A DNA stretch of 33,073 bases, counting the filler. It is 12 parts of 12 records of this genome, joined end to end, with 100 filler letters (N's around TTAATTAATTAA, not from the genome) between each part and the next. Parts side by side here need not be neighbours in the genome. Positions count along the whole stretch, not along the records: positions 25,870 to 27,971 come from SRR11831580_8096; positions 28,072 to 30,675 come from SRR11831580_8138; positions 30,776 to 33,073 come from SRR11831580_8166; 9 more parts are not named here. One strand, 5' to 3'. Under the pieces are notes generated by a model, which was not told where the DNA came from, did no database searches, and saw nothing but the letters and a program-made list of their open reading frames with translations. The translations under genes were made by a program, and so were the position numbers. Below, one piece after another: positions 27,157-33,073 of the stretch (the first letter of the stretch is position 1; each line of letters begins with the position of its first letter).

Positions 27157-27794
27157 GCTGCCTCCCGCTGTTTCAGTGCTTTGAGCTTGTCGCGGTACTC
27201 ATCCCGGATCCGGATGAAGTCTTCACGGCGGTAGTTGGTCATTTCGTGGGGACCATTGAGCCAGTTGACGTATCCCTGACCGTAACGAGCGACCAACCCA
27301 GCTTCGTATTGCTGCGCCACGGTCGCCTCTTTGGCGGTGTACTTGCCAGCTCCGGCATTACAGGATTTGCACTGCTTATGGGCGTTGCGTTCTTCAAAGC
27401 GCAGTTCAGGGTAAGCACCTACTGTCTTGAAATGGCCGCAATCCCACTGGCCACCATGCAGATCAGGCGGATTGGTCTCGCCGCAGCTGATGCATGGCAA
27501 ATCGGCGTCGCGCGCACGGATAAAGGCGTTGAAAGCTTTCTGAGCCTGAGCCTTGTAGTATCCGTCTGGCCTGAGCTCTGCCAGCCGCTCCTTGCGGCGT
27601 TTGCGCCCGTCCTTTTCAGCCTCTTTTTGCTCCTTGATGCGCTTAGCCGCGGCTTTCACCTTCTCCTTCTTGCGTTCTTCCATTGCGAGGATTGCGCCAT
27701 GCTCCGGGCTGCACCACCGGATCCGGATGTCGTGGAATTTCGGCACGAAGTATTCACCGCATACTTTGCACTTACGGCGGGATGGTTTACGCAT
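27153..27794 (-). CDS. ninG: NinG/Rap recombination endonuclease
   Basis: Likely ATG 27794: [49 protein letters not shown]. Confidence 0.92.
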   Translation of the reverse strand: MRKPSRRKCKVCGEYFVPKFHDIRIRWCSPEHGAILAMEERKKEKVKAAAKRIKEQKEAEKDGRKRRKERLAELRPDGYYKAQAQKAFNAFIRARDADLPCISCGETNPPDLHGGQWDCGHFKTVGAYPELRFEERNAHKQCKSCNAGAGKYTAKEATVAQQYEAGLVARYGQGYVNWLNGPHEMTNYRREDFIRIRDEYRDKLKALKQREAA

Positions 27795-27971
27795 GGGCAC
27801 CACCTTGAACCTGTACCAGCGTGAGGTTTCCGCAGAACACGGCACCAGTATCGATGTACATCTGGTTGGCATACTTCAGGGGCTGGCGCGCAGGGGTGTG
27901 GCCGAAGATAAACAGATCAGCACCAGCTATCGGCGAGACAATGCCGTCCTGAGCGTCGCTAACCCGTTCAC
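27787..27971 (-). CDS. ninI: NinI-like Ser/Thr protein phosphatase, 3' fragment
   Basis: Not in the ORF track: [60 protein letters not shown], closely resembling the lambda phosphatase C-terminus. Confidence 0.9.
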
Positions 27972-28071
27972 NNNNNNNNNNNNNNNNNNNNNNNNNNNNN
28001 NNNNNNNNNNNNNNNTTAATTAATTAANNNNNNNNNNNNNNNNNNNNNNNNNNNNNNNNNNNNNNNNNNNN

Positions 28072-28273
28072 TACCTCTCTCTATTACTGGGAAGGTAAGC
28101 TGGAGCAAGAATACGAAGTGCAGATGATTTTAAAAACTACCGTATCTCACCAGCAGGCACTGCTGGAATGCCTGAAGTCTCATCATCCATATCAAACCCC
28201 GGAACTTCTGGTTTTACCTGTTACACACGGAGACACAGATTACCTCTCATGGCTCAACGCATCTTTACGCTGA
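28072..28273 (+). CDS. cutA: Divalent cation tolerance protein CutA, 3' part
   Basis: [46 protein letters not shown]. Confidence 0.95.
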
Positions 28274-29945
28274 TCCTGCTACTTTGCAGCACTTCCGTTT
28301 TTGCCGGATTATTCGACGCGCCGGGACGTTCACAATTTGTCCCCGCGGATCAAGCCTTTGCTTTTGATTTTCAGCAAAACCAACATGACCTTAATCTGAC
28401 CTGGCAGATCAAAGACGGTTACTACCTCTACCGTAAACAGATCCGCATTACGCCGGAACACGCGAAAATTGCCGACGTGCAGCTGCCGCAAGACGTCTGG
28501 CATGAAGATGAGTTTTACGGCAAAAGCGAGATTTACCGCGATCGGCTGACGCTTCCCGTCACCATCAACCAGGCGAGTGCGGGAGCGACGTTAACTGTCA
28601 CCTACCAGGGCTGTGCTGATGCCGGTTTCTGTTATCCGCCAGAAACCAAAACCGTTCCGTTAAGCGAAGTGGTCGCCAACAACGCAGCGCCACAGCCTGT
28701 GTCTGTTCCGCAGCAAGAGCAGCCCACCGCGCAATTGCCCTTTTCCGCGCTCTGGGCGTTGTTGATCGGTATTGGTATCGCCTTTACGCCATGCGTGCTG
28801 CCAATGTACCCACTGATTTCTGGCATCGTGCTGGGTGGTAAACAGCGGCTCTCCACTGCCAGAGCATTGTTGCTGACCTTTATTTATGTGCAGGGGATGG
28901 CGCTGACCTACACGGCGCTGGGTCTGGTGGTTGCCGCCGCAGGGTTACAGTTCCAGGCGGCGCTACAGCACCCATACGTGCTCATTGGCCTCGCCATCGT
29001 CTTTACCTTGCTGGCGATGTCAATGTTTGGCTTGTTTACCCTGCAACTCCCCTCTTCGCTGCAAACACGTCTCACGTTGATGAGCAATCGCCAACAGGGC
29101 GGCTCACCTGGCGGTGTGTTTGTTATGGGGGCGATTGCCGGACTGATCTGTTCACCATGCACCACCGCACCGCTTAGCGCGATTCTGCTGTATATCGCCC
29201 AAAGCGGGAACATGTGGCTGGGCGGCGGCACGCTTTATCTCTATGCGTTGGGCATGGGCCTGCCGCTGATGCTAATTACCGTCTTTGGTAACCGCTTGCT
29301 GCCGAAAAGCGGCCCGTGGATGGAACAAGTCAAAACCGCGTTTGGTTTTGTGATCCTCGCACTGCCGGTCTTCCTGCTGGAGCGAGTGATTGGTGATGTA
29401 TGGGGATTACGCTTGTGGTCGGCGCTGGGTGTCGCATTCTTTGGCTGGGCCTTTATCACCAGCCTACAGGCTAAACGCGGCTGGATGCGTATTGTGCAAA
29501 TTATTCTGCTGGCAGCGGCATTGGTTAGCGTGCGCCCACTTCAGGATTGGGCATTTGGTGCGACGCATACCGCGCAAACTCAGACGCATCTCAACTTTAC
29601 ACAAATCAAAACGGTAGATGAGTTAAATCAGGCGCTCGTTGAAGCCAAAGGCAAACCGGTGATGTTAGATCTTTATGCCGACTGGTGCGTCGCCTGTAAA
29701 GAGTTTGAGAAATACACCTTCAGCGACCCGCAGGTGCAAAAAGCGTTAGCAGACACGGTCTTACTTCAGGCCAACGTCACGGCCAACGACGCACAAGATG
29801 TGGCGCTGTTAAAGCATCTTAATGTCCTTGGCCTACCGACAATTCTCTTTTTGACGGACAAGGCCAGGAGCATCCACAAGCACGCGTCACGGGCTTTATG
29901 GATGCTGAAACCTTCAGCGCACATTTGCGCGATCGCCAACCGTGA
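28249..29945 (+). CDS. dsbD: Thiol:disulfide interchange protein DsbD, with an apparent 1-base deletion in T-run 29848-29852
   Basis: ATG 28249; [26 protein letters not shown] and WCVAC motifs. The normal C-terminus [30 protein letters not shown] is in the shifted frame. Confidence 0.96.
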
Positions 29946-29981
29946 ACGACACTTGCAGTGGGAAAGACGGAGGAAAATAGC

Positions 29982-30557
29982 GTGCAACGTGAAGATGTAC
30001 TGGGAGAAGCCCTGAAATTATTAGAATTACAAGGGATTGCCAACACCACGCTGGAGATGGTTGCTGAACGTGTGGATTATCCACTGGACGAGCTACGCCG
30101 CTTCTGGCCAGACAAAGAGGCAATCCTCTACGATGCGCTGCGTTATCTTAGCCAACAGATAGATGTCTGGCGTCGTCAGCTGATGCTGGACGAAACGCAA
30201 ACCGCCGAACAAAAGCTGCTGGCACGTTATCAGGCGTTATCGGAGTGCGTTAAAAACAACCGCTATCCGGGCTGTCTATTTATCGCTGCCTGTACGTTTT
30301 ATCCCGATCCTGGCCACCCTATTCATCAACTGGCCGATCAGCAAAAAAGCGCGGCCTACGATTTCACCCACGAACTGTTAACCACACTGGAAGTTGACGA
30401 TCCGGCGATGGTAGCAAAGCAGATGGAACTGGTGCTGGAAGGCTGTTTAAGCCGAATGCTGGTGAATCGTAGCCAGGCGGATGTCGACACTGCACATCGG
30501 CTGGCGGAAGATATCCTGCGCTTCGCCCGCTGCCGCCAGGGTGGTGCATTGACCTGA
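29982..30557 (+). CDS. yjdC: TetR-family regulator YjdC
   Basis: GTG at 29982 after GGAGG; 191 aa with N-terminal HTH and GCLFI motif; between dsbD and pheU. Confidence 0.93.
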
Positions 30558-30624
30558 CAGAAACACAGAAAAGAAGCGATTTGCCGCAATCTTAAGCAGT
30601 TGAATCGCTTTTACTGAAATTAGG

Positions 30625-30660
30625 TTGACGAGATGTGCAGATTACGGTTTAATGCGCCCC
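30625..30660 (+). promoter_or_regulatory. Stable-RNA sigma70 promoter of pheU
   Basis: TTGACG-17bp-TTTAAT followed by the GC-rich discriminator GCGCCCC. Confidence 0.8.
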
Positions 30661-30663
30661 GTT

Positions 30664-30675
30664 GCCCGGATAGCT
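30664..30675 (+). tRNA. pheU: tRNA-Phe, first 12 nt only (contig breaks in the repeated tRNA)
   Basis: GCCCGGATAGCT is the 5' end of E. coli tRNA-Phe; downstream of yjdC. Confidence 0.85.
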
Positions 30676-31142
30676 NNNNNNNNNNNNNNNNNNNNNNNNN
30701 NNNNNNNNNNNNNNNNNNNTTAATTAATTAANNNNNNNNNNNNNNNNNNNNNNNNNNNNNNNNNNNNNNNNNNNNCACGAAAACAAACGCATCGTCCATG
30801 GAGCAAATCTCTGTTACTTGGAAGTTCCTACAGCAAACGTTAAATACAGAATAGATAACAGATAACATTACAAGCAGAATACAACGTACCACTCAAAGCC
30901 ATGAAAACAAACGGATACCACAAACAGATCTGCAAACATCAGAGCCATGGGACACACAGCACACACCGACACGCACATGGGTGGACAGACAACGCCCAAA
31001 AATGCGTGCGACAGACACGAGCATGACTGTGACACACCGCCGTGAACCGGACAACATGAGAACAAGCAGAATTTGACCTATCTACGTGTTTGACACCAAG
31101 TCTGCTCAAATTTCTCAACACATTTCTGTGTTGCCCATATTC

Positions 31143-33073
31143 ATGCCGCCGCATTCGTGCAGAAACTGCAATCAAGGCTTTGAGACCAAAGGTGCATATC
31201 TCAAACACTTTGACGTTCGACGGGATTGTGGACGAATCTGCCCGCCATTCACGTGCGTGAGATGTGGACGGGGGTTCACCAAACGGAACTCGCTGGCATC
31301 GCACTTGGATGTTTGTCATTTGCCACGTATGTCAGTCTGAAATCAATAGTTGTTGATGCGCATGAATGCTCATTTCAATTTACAGAACACGGATTAGAAT
31401 ACGAAGACCCCGTTCAATTTACTGCTAACGACCGGGATGCATCTCCAATTAGACAAGATTTCTCTGCAGCCGATCTGGGTGCGTTACGTGTCATTGTGTG
31501 CGTGATTGTGCATGCGTGCAGGCTTCGCCACCTTCATGCTGACTGCATGTGTGTTTATATACCAGAGGATGCAAACACCACCGCCTCCGTTATAGCAAAG
31601 CAGATCGTGCTGCTTCGCTTACACCACTCTGTATCTGAGCGTGCCCTGGATGCTGTCGTCGAGTGTCTGCGGACAGCAGCTAGTGACGACTTGCGGTTCG
31701 AAACGGAAGGCAGCAGCGCTGTCAGAGCGCTTGCATGAAGTGAGTTCCTCCGCTCAGCGTAAGTTGTGGGTGCAGACCCATTATCATCCTCCAGTACGTA
31801 CATGTATTCTACGTAGTATATACATCCTCCGTGGAGACTCGTGTCGTGCGTGTGTGTGTATGGTTTAACTGTTAAGTTTTCTCTGTGTAGAAAGTCTCTC
31901 TCCGTACGGTTGGAGAATGTAGATGGGCCCGGGTCTCCCTCATTGCTGCGATCGCAATGCTCGACGACCAGTTCGGTGATCTTGGAGCCCTCGCAGAACG
32001 GTTTTTTGAGGATTATGTTCTTCCAGCGGGCCACATCGGAGCGCTGGTGTGTCCTGCATCTGGTACAAACTTCATGGATACAGCGTGCTTCCGGGACCGT
32101 CGTCGCCTCGCTATCACCTTGTACTTCGACGGGGTGGCGACCTCCAGAAACGCCTTGGGCAGATCAGCAGTGGCCAGCCGGAAGTATCACGTCATTTCGT
32201 TTCGTATTGCTAACGTACCGCAAATGATGAAGGACAGCAATTGTATTCTTCCCATAGCCGTTGTTCCTCCGGATGCGTGGGAACTGCTCGGATTCGACGC
32301 AGTTATGCAGGACATCACGCGCGACCTTCAACTTCTCGACGCGGGTACGTGCATGCATTTGTGTCTCTGCGTGTATGACGTAAATTGCCGCGCCGCCGCG
32401 TGGATGGCTTCTATTGTATGTGTGTATATGTGTGTATATGGTTGTTTCGGTGTGCGTGTGTATAGAGATGCGTATGTACTATATAGTGAATAGCTTATGC
32501 GTACTTGTGTATATTCATGCATGAATGTACTTAGATATAGTGTATGTGTCCGTGATCGAGGCACTGACTGTGACGCAAACTTGTGTATACAGGCGTAGTC
32601 ATGAGGAAAACGGGCCGCGTAGTTACAGCTGCGTTATTGAGCATACACGCCGACAACGAGGCGGCACAGGTAGCTGCAGGCGTAACAACTTCAAGTGGCA
32701 CTTTGTTCTGCCGCCAGTGCACGACGGACAAAAGAACAATGCATGATTACGCTATGTACGTCACTTGATGCTTTACGTGCTGTTTGTGTAAATTCATGCA
32801 TCTCCGTGTGGATATAACAATTACATTCGTGTAGGAGTTGCCGTTTTGTAAGAACAACGTCGTCCTCGTTCGAGCCCGCCTGGCGGGCGCTTGAAGTGGC
32901 TGCAGCCATCGGCACCGCGACTACCACTACTGTCAGCACAGGGATCAAGCGGGTGTCAGCCGTGCGGGATATTCCAACGGCTCGACCGCGGTTTCATACC
33001 CTCTTTGCGCAAGATGTCATGCACGACTGGGCGGAGGGTGTCCTGGGTTGGTTTGTACAGCGAGCTTTGCGGC
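31143..33073 (+). mobile_element. Spliced eukaryotic gene: two N-terminal zinc fingers + CMC/EnSpm(CACTA)-like DDE transposase; 3' end beyond window; one frameshift near 31731
   Basis: Exons 31143-31326, 31386-31478, 31566-31793, 31891-32344, 32593-32755, 32835-33073 with GT..AG introns. Motifs: LYFDG..NALG..K..ISFRIANVP, HADNEAA..G, FCRQC, GIKR, QDVMHDWAEGV. Confidence 0.8.

Noticed and set aside
30776-30800. Contig start CACGA as the left CACTA-type terminal inverted repeat
   Set aside because: Only a weak match, at a contig edge with no visible TSD, partner end or subterminal repeats; cannot be supported.

Overview
This window is not a contiguous locus. It is a concatenation of 12 short contigs (about 2-5.6 kb) joined by 11 identical artificial 100-bp spacers (N44-TTAATTAATTAA-N44, stop codons in all six frames). 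Eight contigs are ordinary Escherichia coli K-12 chromosome: accD-dedA-truA; waaS-P-G-Q/waaA-coaD/mutM; IS3-yaiT/hemB; kdpAB; fusA-rpsG-rpsL-tusB-tusC; yihVWXY; bcsZC; cutA-dsbD-yjdC-pheU. One is a lambdoid, probably phi80-type, late-control region (ninI-ninG-lar-orf38-Q-pR'-tR'). Three come from an unidentified intron-rich eukaryote. I reconstructed their GT-AG spliced genes by hand, and the ORF track misses or scrambles them: a 7-exon piece of TRAPPC8/Trs85, a head-to-head pair of a RidA-family gene and a mitochondrial-type ribosomal protein bL33, and a 6-exon zinc-finger + CMC/EnSpm(CACTA)-like transposase. A fragment of the loxP-based 454 Titanium paired-end linker and three single-base homopolymer deletions point to a 454 assembly of a eukaryote contaminated with a laboratory K-12 strain. 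I see no convincing novel prokaryotic system. The least-characterised biology is in the eukaryotic contigs, above all the spliced ZnF-transposase.
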